DNA of 63,874 nucleotides, counting the filler, from Sandaracinaceae bacterium (GTDB lineage Bacteria > Myxococcota_A > Polyangia > Polyangiales > JADJQN01): NCBI GenBank assembly GCA_947483975.1. It is 6 parts of 6 records of this genome, joined end to end, with 100 filler letters (N's around TTAATTAATTAA, not from the genome) between each part and the next. Parts side by side here need not be neighbours in the genome. Positions count along the whole stretch, not along the records: positions 1 to 11,021 come from CANKOL010000155.1; 5 more parts are not named here. The stretch is one strand, 5' to 3'. Of this stretch, positions 1 through 11,121 are shown piece by piece (the first letter of the stretch is position 1; each line of letters starts with the position of its first letter). The notes beneath the pieces were generated by a model. That model was not told the DNA's origin. It searched no databases and saw nothing but the letters and a program-made list of their open reading frames with translations. The position numbers were made by a program, and so were the translations under genes.

Positions 1-1767
1 GGCGGCGTCCGCGACGCACGCGTCTCCGCAGCGGTGGTGCCCCGCGACGCACGCGAAGTCGCAGCGCGTTCCATCGCAGGTCGCGACGCCGTTCGTCGGC
101 GCCACGCACGGCGCGCACGATGCGCCACACGTCGCCGCGCTCGCGTTCGCCGCGCACGCGCCGCCGCACGCGTGAAAGCCGGCGTCGCAGACGAAGCCGC
201 AGCCACTGCCGCTGCACGTCGGCGTGCCGTTCGCGGGCGTCGGGCACGGCGTGCAGGATGTGCCGCACGTCGCGAGGTCGCGGTCCTCTGCGCATACCGA
301 GCCACACGCGTGCGTGCCGGGTGCGCACTCCCAGCGGCAGCTGCGTCCGTCGCACGTCGCCGTCGCGTGGAGCGGCGCGGGGCAGGGCGTGCACGCTGTG
401 CCGCAGCCATCTGGGCTGGTGTCCGCGACGCAGCCGTCGCCGCACGCGTGGTAGCCGGGGTCGCAGACGACCCCGCAGCGGCCGCCGCCGCAAGTCGGCT
501 CGCCGTTCGTCGGGGCGGGGCACACGACGCCGCACGCGCCGCAGTGCTGCACGTTGCTCAGGAGGCTCACGCACGCCGCGCCGCACGCGGTCTGCCCGCC
601 GCCGCAGGCCGCGACGCACGCGAAGCGACCACCCCCCGCGGCGCAGAGCGGCGTGGAGGCCGCGCACGCCCCGGCGCACGACCCGCAGTGCAGAGGGTCG
701 GAGAGGTCCGCCTCGCAGCCGTCCGCGTCGCCGCCATCGCCGCTTCCGTCGCAGTCCGCGTGCGTCTCCCGGCACGCCGTGGCGCAGTCCGTGCCGTCGC
801 AGCTCGCGCGCGTATTCGGCGGCGTCGGGCACGGCCCGCACGCGGCTCCGCACGAGGCTGGGTCGGTGTCCGGCAGGCACGCCTCTCCGCAGGCGTGCGC
901 CCCGGCGGGGCAGGCGACTCCGCACGAGGCGCCGTCGCACGTGCTCATCGCGCCCGGCGCGGCGGGGCACGCCGTGCACGAGGTGCCGCAGCTGAGCGTG
1001 TCGTCGTCGGGCACGCAGACTCCGCCGCAGTCGTGGAAGCCGGGGAGGCAGGCGCTCTCGCACGCGCCCGCGGGGCAGAGCGCGGCCGCGTTCGCGCGCG
1101 TCGGGCACGGGAAGCACGAGGTGCCGCAGGTGAGCGGCGAGGTGTCGAGTCCGCACACCGTCCCGCAATCGTGGCGTCCCGGCAGGCACTCGTAGCTGCA
1201 GACGCTCTCGACGCAGGTGGGCGCCGAGCCCGCGATCGCCTCGCAGCCGAGCCCGCAGTCGGAGCAGTTGCGCGGGTCGCTCGTGGTGTCGACGCACGTC
1301 ACGCCGCAGAGTCGCCGCCCTCCCGGGCAGACGTCGGTGCAGGTGCCCGTGCTCGAATCGCAGAGCGGACGCGCCATCTCGCAATGGTTCGCGCAACCGC
1401 CGCAGGACGACGGGAGCGCGAGGTCCGTCTCGCAGCCGTCGCTCGACCCCACGCAGTCCGCGAAGCCAGGCGCGCAGGCGTCGGCGGGGATGGCGCAGCG
1501 CCCGGCGAGGCAGCGCACCCCGCTCGCTCCCGGCAGCACATTCGTCAGCGCGCGACAGTCGACGTCGCAAGCGCCGCAGTGCGCGACGTCGCTCGCGAGG
1601 TCGACGCACTCTCCGCCGCAGCGGTCCACGCAGCCCCCGTCGCGGGCGCCGCCGTCTGTCCCCAACAGGCCCCAGTCGTGGACCGCCGCGCAGGCGCTGA
1701 GCGCCACGAACAAGAGCGCCCAGAGCCCTCGCGCGCGCGCTCCAGCGCGACCCGCAGGCGACCTCAT
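1..1767 (-). CDS. Cys-rich repeat surface lipoprotein (MXAN_6577-like/Stig1-like repeats), 3' end outside window
   Basis: Absent from the ORF track because it has no stop in the window. ATG at 1767 overlaps the upstream TGA. Manual translation MRSPAGRAGARARGLWALLFVALSAC-AAVHDWGLLGTDGGARDGGCVDRCGGECVDLASDVAHCGACDVDC...; lipobox LSAC; repeated CxPGxHxCGxxC and CGxSCxPC units to the edge. Confidence 0.85.
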   Translation of the reverse strand, partial: MRSPAGRAGARARGLWALLFVALSACAAVHDWGLLGTDGGARDGGCVDRCGGECVDLASDVAHCGACDVDCRALTNVLPGASGVRCLAGRCAIPADACAPGFADCVGSSDGCETDLALPSSCGGCANHCEMARPLCDSSTGTCTDVCPGGRRLCGVTCVDTTSDPRNCSDCGLGCEAIAGSAPTCVESVCSYECLPGRHDCGTVCGLDTSPLTCGTSCFPCPTRANAAALCPAGACESACLPGFHDCGGVCVPDDDTLSCGTSCTACPAAPGAMSTCDGASCGVACPAGAHACGEACLPDTDPASCGAACGPCPTPPNTRASCDGTDCATACRETHADCDGSGDGGDADGCEADLSDPLHCGSCAGACAASTPLCAAGGGRFACVAACGGGQTACGAACVSLLSNVQHCGACGVVCPAPTNGEPTCGGGRCGVVCDPGYHACGDGCVADTSPDGCGTACTPCPAPLHATATCDGRSCRWECAPGTHACGSVCAEDRDLATCGTSCTPCPTPANGTPTCSGSGCGFVCDAGFHACGGACAANASAATCGASCAPCVAPTNGVATCDGTRCDFACVAGHHRCGDACVADAA

Positions 1768-2639
1768 CAAAAGCCCCCCCTCAGACCGAACTCGCCGCCG
1801 GCTTGCCCGCGCAGCGAGACGTACGGCGCGAGTCGTGCCGCACCAGGTGGGCGCTCCGGGCTACGCCCGAGCCACTCGAAGAGCGTCAGCGCGCCGCCCG
1901 CGAGCGTCACCGCGCCGCCCGTGATCCAGAGCGAGCTCGCGGCCGCGTCGAGCGCCTCCCCGCGCCTCGCGAGCGCCGAGTCGGTCCGCCCGCTGGCGAG
2001 GAAGTCGTCGTGCACGCCGTCGGCGACGCCGTACACCACGACCCCCGCGAGCACCGTCGCGACGCCGGTCCCGCCGACGATGAACCCGGTCAGCCGGAGA
2101 CGCTGCGAGGTCTCCTCGGCGCGGGCTCGCTCCGCGCGCATCGTGGCCACCCGCGAAGCCATCGCGCGCCGCGTGGCCTCTGCGTGCCTCGCCTCGTCGT
2201 CCCGCGCGGCCTGCTCCCGCGCCTGCCGCTCGCTGAGGCGGCGCTCGAGCGCGGCGATCCGCCGATCGACCTCGGGCCCGTCCTCCGCCTCGGGAGCGCG
2301 CTCGCGGTAGCGGAGAAACCATCGCCTCGCCCGCGCTGCGTCGTCGATGCACTCGTACGCGACGCCCGCGTTGTAGGCCGCCTGCGCCGTCGCGACGAGG
2401 GCGTACGAGCACGCGAACGCGCGGGCCGCCGCGGCGACGCGCAGCGCCTCCGTTTCCCGCTCGCCCTGCGCGAAGAGCCTCCCCGCCTCGCGTCGCCGCG
2501 CGCTCGCCGTCGCGGGCGTCGGACAGTCGCTCTCCTCCACCGGCGCGCGAACCGCGGGTGTCTCCTGCGCGCGCGCGGACTCCCACGCGAGCAAGCTCGC
2601 GAGAACCGCCGCGACCGCCAGCACACAATATCGAGCCAT
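1767..2639 (-). CDS. Exported TPR protein with Gly-rich hydrophobic hairpin and C-terminal aromatic beta-strand (myxobacterial TPR/PEGA-type)
   Basis: Signal peptide MARYCVLAVAAVLASLLAWESARA; TPR-like AGRLFAQG...AAYNAGVAYE...RYRE; two Gly-rich hydrophobic segments; ends GGEFGLRGGF. Confidence 0.8.
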   Translation of the reverse strand: MARYCVLAVAAVLASLLAWESARAQETPAVRAPVEESDCPTPATASARRREAGRLFAQGERETEALRVAAAARAFACSYALVATAQAAYNAGVAYECIDDAARARRWFLRYRERAPEAEDGPEVDRRIAALERRLSERQAREQAARDDEARHAEATRRAMASRVATMRAERARAEETSQRLRLTGFIVGGTGVATVLAGVVVYGVADGVHDDFLASGRTDSALARRGEALDAAASSLWITGGAVTLAGGALTLFEWLGRSPERPPGAARLAPYVSLRGQAGGEFGLRGGF

Positions 2640-2683
2640 GCTCGTCCCCCGCCTCGCCCCTGCACGTATTCCCGGTCGCTCCG

Positions 2684-2698
2684 GCGGCCAGTGCGCCA
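2684..2698 (-). promoter_or_regulatory. Putative sigma54 -24/-12 promoter
   Basis: Minus strand TGGCGCACTGGCCGC (GG-N10-GC) about 45 nt before ATG 2639; inverted repeat GACAGT-N7-ACTGTC at 2726-2744 just upstream. Confidence 0.4.
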
Positions 2699-2912
2699 AG
2701 CCGCACCGCGCCTCCAGGCTGCGAAGACAGTTTCCCAGACTGTCCCTCTCGCGACGATCTTCTCCCCAATTTCAGGGCGGTTCTTCCCCGATCGTCTGGA
2801 GGCCAGGAGCCTGCCAGCCATGGATAGTCGCTATCCGTCCATCGTTGTCGAACGTCGTTGTCTGTGGCTCGGGGCGGCGGTCGGTCAACCACACTTCGCG
2901 CGGGGGGGATCC

Positions 2913-3572
2913 ATGAAACGAACGGACTCGGAGATCCAACAGTCGGTGTTGCGGGAGCTCGCCTGGGACACTCGCGTCGACTCGACCGACGTCGGGGTCG
3001 AGGTCGACGACGGCGTCATCACGCTCACGGGCACGGTGAACAGCTGGGCCAAGCGCATGGCCGCGCTCCACGCGGCGCAGCGCGTCACCGGCGTGCTCGA
3101 CGTCGCCAACGACATTCAGGTGAAGATCCCCGGCATCGGGCAGTTGACCGACACGGAGATCGCTCGCGCCGTCCGGAGCGCGCTCGAGTGGGACGTGCTC
3201 GTGCCCGAGGCGCGCATCCGCTCCACCGTCACGAACGCCTGGGTGACGCTCGAAGGCGACGTCGACCTCTGGGCCGAGCGCGAGGACGCCGAGCGCGCAG
3301 TGCGCAACCTCAAGGGCGTCCGGGGCATCGCCAACTACATCGAGATCGCTCCCTCGAAGATCGCGCCCGCTGACGTGCGCAGGTCGATCGAGCAGGCCCT
3401 CGAGCGGCACGCGCGGCGCGAGGCGAGCCACGTCCAACTCGACGTGAAGGACGGCGGGGTGACGCTCTCGGGCACGGTGGACTCGTGGGCTGAGAGGGAA
3501 GCCGTGGTCGGCGCCGCCCGCGGCACCCGCGGCGTGCGCAAGGTCGCAGACCACCTCCGCGTCGAAGACTGA
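2913..3572 (+). CDS. Triple BON-domain (OsmY-like) protein
   Basis: MKRTDSEIQQSVLRELAWD; three repeats of V.V.DG.VTL.G.V..W..R..A...A....GV..V.N; G-rich RBS. Confidence 0.92.
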   Translation: MKRTDSEIQQSVLRELAWDTRVDSTDVGVEVDDGVITLTGTVNSWAKRMAALHAAQRVTGVLDVANDIQVKIPGIGQLTDTEIARAVRSALEWDVLVPEARIRSTVTNAWVTLEGDVDLWAEREDAERAVRNLKGVRGIANYIEIAPSKIAPADVRRSIEQALERHARREASHVQLDVKDGGVTLSGTVDSWAEREAVVGAARGTRGVRKVADHLRVED

Positions 3573-3697
3573 CCCCGCCCGGTCGCGGGCGACGCCGACT
3601 CGCCCTCCGCGCTCGCCCTCCTCACATACCCGTCGTGCGCCGCGCCCCGTTGCCCGGACGCGAGGCGCGCGTATCTCGCTGTGAGGAGGGCGGACCC

Positions 3698-4153
3698 ATG
3701 AAGACTCTGATCGTCGTAGCGCAGCGCGACGGGGCGCGGCTGTACGAGTGGACGACACGCGCGGAACCACTGCGACTCCTCGAGGAGCTCGCGCATCCGG
3801 AGGGACGCCTGAGAGAGGGCGACCTCGACACCGACAGGTCAGGTGCCAGCTACGAGTCGAGCGCTTCCGGCGCCAGCAGCGCGGCGGCTGGCTCGGTGTC
3901 GGCGACGGCGCATCTCGCGGTCGTCTTCGCCCATCGCGTCGCGGACCGCACGGACCACGCCCTCGCGGACCACGCCTTCGACCGCCTCGTGCTGGTGTCG
4001 GGACCACGCTTCTTGGGGCTGTTGCGCGACGAACTCAGCAATTCGACGCGGGCGCTCAAGCGTCACGAGATCGTCAAGAACCTCGGCCACGCGAGCGCTC
4101 GGGAGCTCAAGGCCCACATCGAGCCAGAGTTGCTCTTCGCCGCGCACGCGTGA
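3698..4153 (+). CDS. Host attachment family protein (AtsE/baeRF12-like)
   Basis: MKTLIVVAQRDGARLYE...HPEGR...DRSG...FDRLVLVSGPRFLGLLR...EIVKNL; RBS GAGGAGG. Confidence 0.85.
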   Translation: MKTLIVVAQRDGARLYEWTTRAEPLRLLEELAHPEGRLREGDLDTDRSGASYESSASGASSAAAGSVSATAHLAVVFAHRVADRTDHALADHAFDRLVLVSGPRFLGLLRDELSNSTRALKRHEIVKNLGHASARELKAHIEPELLFAAHA

Positions 4154-4197
4154 GCACGGGCGCGACCGCTGCGAGGGTAGCGGTCGCGCTGGCGCGC

Positions 4198-6843
4198 TCA
4201 TCCGCCGTTGGGTCGCTCCTGCGTGAGGTGCCCACGCTGGGGCTCGCGCCGGTCTGATTGCGCGGCGGGGGGCGAACGCCGGAGCTCCGCACCGACCCAG
4301 GCGGCGAACGACTCCCAGTCCGGGGGGGATTCCAGCGCCGTGACGACCTCGTCCCAGCCCACCGTGAGGCCCTCGAGCCTCTGCCGCAGCTTGGCCCAAG
4401 AGGCCGCGCGCAGGTACGCGCCTAGCTCGCCTCCGTGCGGGAGCCCGCCGGCGAGGGTCCACTCGGGCGTGCGGCTCCACAGCCACTCTGCGAGCTCGAG
4501 CTCAGCGTGCTTGCCCTTGCCCGAGGCGACGAACTCGGTGAACTCCGGCGAGGGCCAGTGCGGACTCCTCGCCTCGTCGTCGATGTACGCCTGACCGCTG
4601 CCGTCGCGCGGGTGAGCGTCGGCGGTGAACCAGCCCTTGCGGCCGAGGGTGCTCATCGGGCTGTCGTGGGCCAGCGCGCAGACTCGAAGCAAGCGCTGCT
4701 CCTGCTCGAGCGAGCGCGGCTGTTTCACGAAGAGCAAGCGGCCGAGTCTCGACGTCAGATCCGGCGGGTAGACTCCGACCTTCTCGTCGAAGCGCCCGTC
4801 GCGAATCGCGGCGCTGTCGAGCGAGCCCACCAAGTTGGTCGCGAGCACGTACGCGACGCGCTGCTCTCTCGCCGCGTCGTGCAGCCGCTCGAGCTTCGGC
4901 AGCATTCCAGGCGTCAGCAACTCGAAGATGGTGCTCGGCACTCCCGCGTTGTCGTTTCTCCGACGCAGCAGCGAGTCGAACTCGTCGAAGAGAACGACCG
5001 TATCGGTCAGCATCGCGAGCGCCTGAAACACGACGCGCGCGCGGTACTCCGCGTGCTCCGCGCCGCCGAGCACGATGTCGCTCGGCGTGATGTGGACGAA
5101 GCGCGCTCTCGCGCTCCGCGCGAGCGCCTCGGACATCGTCGTCTTGCCGGTGCCGGGAGGGCCGTAGAGCACGATCGAGCTCAGCGGGTCGCGGAAGTCG
5201 GAGCGCGGAATGCCGAGCACGTGGGCCCGCATCCTCTGCAGGTGCACCGCGATGGACGGTCTGCCGCTGCGCGCGAGCCCGAAGTCCGGGTAGAACGCGT
5301 CGTCGAGGTCGACCTTCAGCCGCGCCGCGTGCGTCGTCGAGAAGTGCACGGCGACGCGCTCGTTCAGGCAACTGTCGAGCATCAGCACGACCCGCTCGAG
5401 CGCGATGATCGAGAGCGCCGTGTTCCACCACGACGCCCGCTTGGGATCGACGGGCGCCTCGGCCGCCCAGCCGAGCCCCCCTGGGACGTCGCGCTTGCTC
5501 TCGCGAAACAGCCTGAGCAGGCTCGCGACGAGGTCCGGCGTGATCACGCCGGGCGTGCGGCGGAACAACGAGGCGAGCCCGCGCGCGACCTCGGCCCCGA
5601 CGGGGTGCAAACGAAATCCGTTGTGCAGCACCTGGAACGGTCGCCCCGCGGGCAACCGTCCGCCGACGCTGAGGTTGGCGGCGAGCACCTCCGCCGCGCG
5701 GCCGATCCGCGGGTCGTCCCAGCTGCTGTGCAGCGTGCCGTAGATGGCGGCCGCGAACGCGAGCTCGGGCAGGTCCCTGTCGGAGCCCTGCGCGCTCGCC
5801 GCGGCGAGCTCGTGATCGAGCACCGCGCCGATGAAGTTGCGGGACGGCTCGAGGTGCTCGCTGAGGCTCGCCGCGACCTCGCCGAGCAGCGCGCCGCACT
5901 TCGCCCAGTCGGCGACGCGCAGCGAGGCCGCGAGCTCGTGGAGGCGTGCGCCGAGGTCGTCGACCGCCTCGATCGCCGCCCAATGCGCGGACTCGCTGCG
6001 AGCCACTCCAGTCTCCTCGGCGGCGCGCGCGTCCTGCACCTCGCGGCGCGCCTCTTCGACCTGCGCCTCCATCGCGTCGACCTGAGCGGCGAGCCGCGTC
6101 GCGGTGGTCGCGAGGTCGATGGTGACGAGGTCATCGAGCCGAAAGATCGTGCGGTGGCGCAGCCACGCGAGGTCGATGTCGAGCGCGGTCTGCAGGCGCT
6201 GCCGCTCGACCTCCGACCATCGGACGGGAAGCCGCGGCGTGGACGCGAGCTGCGCGCGTCGGAGGTGCACGGCGCGGAGCTTCCAGCACAGCTCGGCCGA
6301 GCGGCTGAACGCCCGCGCGAGCCACAGCACTCCCGTGCAGCATTCCCCCGTCACGAAGGCCGTCGCCCGGCAGCCCTCGCCGGCGCGCGCAGAGCCCATC
6401 GCCCACAGCGGTGGCTCGCTCGACAGCAGCTCCCGCAGGACCCGATAAAAACAGGCGATCGAGGCCCTCGAGACGGCGAAGCCGGGCATCGTCGCGAGCG
6501 ACTCGAGCGCGCGTCCGGCGATCAACACCGGTGTGTGTCCGGGCTCGAGCGTCGTCAGCAGACGCGCGGAGATCGACCCGATGAAGTCCTGAGCGGTCCG
6601 CTCGAGCGCTTGGCTGAAGGCGCCGTCCGGTACGACCCCGTGCTTGCGCGCGATGCGCAGGCTCCGCAGCAGCAGCGCGTGCTCGACTCGCGCGTGCTCG
6701 AGTCGAGGGGCTTCCCAGCGCTCGTGTGCCTCGTAGCTCGAGCCGCCGAGCCCGTGCAGGCCATTGCGCAACAACTCGGTCGCCTCGACACGCGACGCCT
6801 CGAGCGACGCGAGTGTGGGTATCTCCTCTTCGAGTGAGCGCAT
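4198..6843 (-). CDS. Large AAA+ ATPase with uncharacterised helical N-terminal region
   Basis: Walker [11 protein letters not shown], Walker B VLFDEFD, sensor-1 [18 protein letters not shown]; start ATG 6843 (MRSLEEEI) after GGGGAAG. Confidence 0.85.
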   Translation of the reverse strand: MRSLEEEIPTLASLEASRVEATELLRNGLHGLGGSSYEAHERWEAPRLEHARVEHALLLRSLRIARKHGVVPDGAFSQALERTAQDFIGSISARLLTTLEPGHTPVLIAGRALESLATMPGFAVSRASIACFYRVLRELLSSEPPLWAMGSARAGEGCRATAFVTGECCTGVLWLARAFSRSAELCWKLRAVHLRRAQLASTPRLPVRWSEVERQRLQTALDIDLAWLRHRTIFRLDDLVTIDLATTATRLAAQVDAMEAQVEEARREVQDARAAEETGVARSESAHWAAIEAVDDLGARLHELAASLRVADWAKCGALLGEVAASLSEHLEPSRNFIGAVLDHELAAASAQGSDRDLPELAFAAAIYGTLHSSWDDPRIGRAAEVLAANLSVGGRLPAGRPFQVLHNGFRLHPVGAEVARGLASLFRRTPGVITPDLVASLLRLFRESKRDVPGGLGWAAEAPVDPKRASWWNTALSIIALERVVLMLDSCLNERVAVHFSTTHAARLKVDLDDAFYPDFGLARSGRPSIAVHLQRMRAHVLGIPRSDFRDPLSSIVLYGPPGTGKTTMSEALARSARARFVHITPSDIVLGGAEHAEYRARVVFQALAMLTDTVVLFDEFDSLLRRRNDNAGVPSTIFELLTPGMLPKLERLHDAAREQRVAYVLATNLVGSLDSAAIRDGRFDEKVGVYPPDLTSRLGRLLFVKQPRSLEQEQRLLRVCALAHDSPMSTLGRKGWFTADAHPRDGSGQAYIDDEARSPHWPSPEFTEFVASGKGKHAELELAEWLWSRTPEWTLAGGLPHGGELGAYLRAASWAKLRQRLEGLTVGWDEVVTALESPPDWESFAAWVGAELRRSPPAAQSDRREPQRGHLTQERPNGG

Positions 6844-7041
6844 CTCGTCTTCCCCCCGGTCAGCGATATGCGCACCGGCGTTGCAGTGCGCCACCTCGCG
6901 GGGGCTCCCCATATTGCAGGGTTTCTTGAGGCTCGTCGGGCGCTGGAATCTTCGCTTCGTGGTCGGGCGCGCGCGTCGCGGGCGGGTGGGCTCGACGCGC
7001 AGGGACTCGCGCGTACTTGGGCTCGTGAGGGGGGCGGCAAA

Positions 7042-8805
7042 GTGCACTTGTTCAAGACGCGCTCGGCGGACGAGCGCGCCCCGAATCTCGTCGACTACGA
7101 GGCGGAGCGCGCCACGTTTTCTTGGGCCGCGGAGCGCGCCGAGCTCGGCGGGCTCCCCGATGGGCGCGGCCTCAACATCGCGTACGCGGCGGTCGATCGG
7201 CACGCCGACGGGCCCTACGCAGACCGCATCGCGCTGCGATGGCTCGGGCGCGATGGGGCGCGTGAGGACCTCTCCTATGCGCGCCTCGCGGAGCAGTCGA
7301 GTCGCTTCGCGAACGTGCTCGCGGCGCTCGGCGTGCTGCCGGGGGAGCGCGTGTTCACGCTCGCCGGGCGCATCCCTGAGCTCTACGTCGCGGCGCTCGG
7401 GACGCTGAAGCGTCAGGCGATCTTCTCGCCGCTCTTCGCGGCGTTCGGGCCCGAGCCGATCCGCACGCGCATGGCCCTCGCCGGCGCGCGCGTGCTCGTC
7501 ACGACGCAGCGCCTCTACGAGCGCAAGATCGTGCAAATCCGCGACACCCTCCCGTCGCTCGACTACGTGCTCCTCGTCGGTGACGACCGACGCCCGACGG
7601 CGGTGCCTGGGACTCTCGACCTCGGCTGGCTGATGACCGCCGCGAGCCCGCACTGGACCATCGAGGCGACGCGCCCCGAGACTCCCGCGCTGCTGCACTT
7701 CACGAGCGGCACGACGGGCACGCCGAAGGGCGCGCTCCACGTGCACGACGCGGTCGTGATGCACCACGTCACGGGCCGACTCGCGCTCGATCTGCACCCC
7801 GACGACGTCTACTGGTGCACCGCCGACCCAGGCTGGGTCACCGGCACCTCGTACGGGATCATCGCGCCGCTGACGAACCGCGTGACGATGATCGTCGACG
7901 AGGCCGACCTCGACGTGGAGCGCTGGTACGACCTCCTCGAGCGCGAGCAGGTCAACGTCTGGTACACGGCGCCGACGGCCATTCGGATGCTCGCCAAAGC
8001 GGGCCTCGCGCCAGTGCGCCGCCATCGCTTCCCGCACCTGCGTTTTCTCGCGAGCGTCGGTGAGCCGCTCGACCGAGAGGGCGTGCTCTGGGGCGTCGAG
8101 GCGTTCGGGCGGCCGTTCCACGACAACTGGTGGCAGACGGAGACCGGCGGCATCGCCATCGCGAACTTCGCGTCGATGGAGGTGCGACCCGGCTCGATGG
8201 GGCGCGCGCTCCCCGGCATCGACGCCGCGATCGTGCGACGCGGCGCGGGCGGGCACGTCGAGCTGATCCGCGAGCCCGACGTGCAGGGCGAGCTCGCGCT
8301 GCGGCCCGGCTGGCCGTCGATGTTCCGCCGGTATTGGGACGCTGCCGAGCGCTACTCGAGGTGCTTCGCGGACGGCTGGTACCTCAGCGGCGACCTCGCG
8401 CGCCGCGACGCGGACGGCTACTTCTGGTTCGTCGGGCGGGCCGACGACGTCATCAAGAGCGCGGGCCATCTGATCGGCCCGTTCGAGGTCGAGAGCGCGC
8501 TGCTCGCGCATCGAGCCGTCGCGGAGGCGGCCGCCATCGGCAAGCCCGACCCCGTCGCCGGCAACCTCGTGAAGGCGTTCGTGTCCTTGAAGGACGGCTT
8601 CGTCGCGAGCCCCGAGCTCGAGCGCGAGCTGCTCGGCTTCTCTCGAGCGCGCCTCGGGCCCGCGGTTGCGCCGCGCGAGCTGACGATCCTCCCCGCGCTG
8701 CCGCGCACGCGGAGCGGCAAGATCATGCGGCGCTTGCTGCGAGCGCGCGAGCTCGGGCTCCCCGACGGCGACACCTCGACGCTCGAGACTGGAGCTCCCT
8801 CGTGA
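7042..8805 (+). CDS. acsA: Acetate--CoA ligase
   Basis: [54 protein letters not shown] start after GAGGGGG. Confidence 0.92.
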   Translation: MHLFKTRSADERAPNLVDYEAERATFSWAAERAELGGLPDGRGLNIAYAAVDRHADGPYADRIALRWLGRDGAREDLSYARLAEQSSRFANVLAALGVLPGERVFTLAGRIPELYVAALGTLKRQAIFSPLFAAFGPEPIRTRMALAGARVLVTTQRLYERKIVQIRDTLPSLDYVLLVGDDRRPTAVPGTLDLGWLMTAASPHWTIEATRPETPALLHFTSGTTGTPKGALHVHDAVVMHHVTGRLALDLHPDDVYWCTADPGWVTGTSYGIIAPLTNRVTMIVDEADLDVERWYDLLEREQVNVWYTAPTAIRMLAKAGLAPVRRHRFPHLRFLASVGEPLDREGVLWGVEAFGRPFHDNWWQTETGGIAIANFASMEVRPGSMGRALPGIDAAIVRRGAGGHVELIREPDVQGELALRPGWPSMFRRYWDAAERYSRCFADGWYLSGDLARRDADGYFWFVGRADDVIKSAGHLIGPFEVESALLAHRAVAEAAAIGKPDPVAGNLVKAFVSLKDGFVASPELERELLGFSRARLGPAVAPRELTILPALPRTRSGKIMRRLLRARELGLPDGDTSTLETGAPS

Positions 8806-9769
8806 ACGACGCGCAGCGCCACGAGCTCGAGCTCTACCGGAAGATGCTCCTGATCCGACGCTTCGAGGACACGTGCGCGGAGCTGTACGCGGCCGAGAAG
8901 ATCCGCGGCTTTCTGCACCTCTACAACGGAGAGGAGGCGGTCGCGGTCGGCTCGATGTGCGCGCTCGAGCCGGAGGACGCCGTCGTCGCGACGTACCGCG
9001 AGCACGGCCACGCGCTCGCCCGCGGACTTCCCCCCGGCGCGATCATGGCGGAGATGTTCGGGCGCGCGAACGGCTGCGCCCGCGGTCGTGGTGGCTCGAT
9101 GCATCTGGTGGACGTCGCGCGGCGCTTCTACGGGGGCTTCGCCATCGTGGGCGGCGGCCTGCCGCTCGCCGTCGGCCTGGCCCTCGCGGACAAGCTGCGC
9201 GGACTCGCGCGCGTGACGGCCGTCTACTTCGGCGATGGGGCGACCGAGGAGGGCGAGTTTCACGAGTCGCTGAACCTCGCCGCGCTGTGGAAGCTGCCCG
9301 TGCTCTTTCTCTGCGAGAACAACCGCTACGCGATGGGGACCGCGCTCGAGCGGCACTCGTCGAATCCCGACCTCGCCGCGAAGCCACCGACCTACGGCAT
9401 CGCGGCCGACCGCGTCGACGGCATGGACGTGCTCGCGGTCGAGGCTGGCACGCGCGCCGCGGCGGACGTCGTGCGCGCGGGCGGTGGCCCTCGCTTCGTC
9501 GAGTTCTCGACCTATCGGTTTCGAGCGCACTCGATGTACGACCCAGACCGCTACCGCGCGAAGGAGGAGATCGCGCGCTGGAAGCAGCGAGATCCGCTCA
9601 CCGCTCTCGCCGCGCGCCTCGAGCAGGAAGGGACGCTCGACAGCGCAGTGCGGGAGCTCCTCGAGCGAGAGGTGTCCGAGCAGATCGCAGCGGCCGTCAG
9701 CGAGGCCGAGACGGGCCCCCTCGAGCCCGTCAGCGACCTCACTCGGGATGTCTACACACGCGAGGTGCG

Positions 9770-9773
<4 letters not shown>
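8802..9773 (+). CDS. pdhA: Pyruvate dehydrogenase E1 alpha
   Basis: [23 protein letters not shown] motif GDG...[18 protein letters not shown] overlap with acsA. Confidence 0.92.
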
Positions 9774-10745
<972 letters not shown>

Positions 10746-10753
<8 letters not shown>

Positions 10754-11021
10754 GCTGCGGATGCCTTCGCTCGGCGCGGACATGGAGTCCGCGACCCTCG
10801 TCGCGTGGAGGTGCGCGCCGGCGGACCGCGTCGCGCGCGGCGACGTCATCGCCGAGGTCGAGACGGATAAGGGCGTGATCGAGGTCGAGGCCTTCGAGGG
10901 TGGGGTCGTCGAAGAGCTGCTCGTGCCCATCGGCACGCGCGTCGCGGTGGGCGCCCCGCTCGTGCGCCTGCGCGCCAGCGACGGCGCCCCACCGCCGGCC
11001 GTGCCACCGGCCGTGCCGCCC
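10746..11021 (+). CDS. pdhC: Dihydrolipoamide acyltransferase E2, lipoyl domain only (truncated by contig end)
   Basis: MPSLGADM...[10 protein letters not shown] lipoyl-Lys motif followed by Pro/Ala linker. Confidence 0.85.
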
Positions 11022-11121
11022 NNNNNNNNNNNNNNNNNNNNNNNNNNNNNNNNNNNNNNNNNNNNTTAATTAATTAANNNNNNNNNNNNNNNNNNNNNNN
11101 NNNNNNNNNNNNNNNNNNNNN
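11022..11121. other. Artificial contig linker
   Basis: N44-TTAATTAATTAA-N44, stops in all six frames. Confidence 0.98.

Noticed and set aside
34..2310. 758-aa plus-strand ORF and the many other long Arg/Ala-rich ORFs (e.g. 4435-6837, 28822-31404, 33716-36190, 41092-43581, 55312-58263, 58242-61610)
   Set aside because: Shadow frames of real genes in high-GC DNA; no recognisable motifs.
1803..2912. Long N-terminal extension on the BON protein
   Set aside because: Antisense to the TPR gene; the BON protein starts at ATG 2913 after an RBS.
6844..8511. N-terminal extension making the AAA ATPase 1437 aa
   Set aside because: It is the antisense shadow of acsA; a good start exists at 6843.
11066..11077. 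TTAATTAATTAA as a biological repeat or att site
   Set aside because: Always centred in N runs; an artificial six-frame stop linker.
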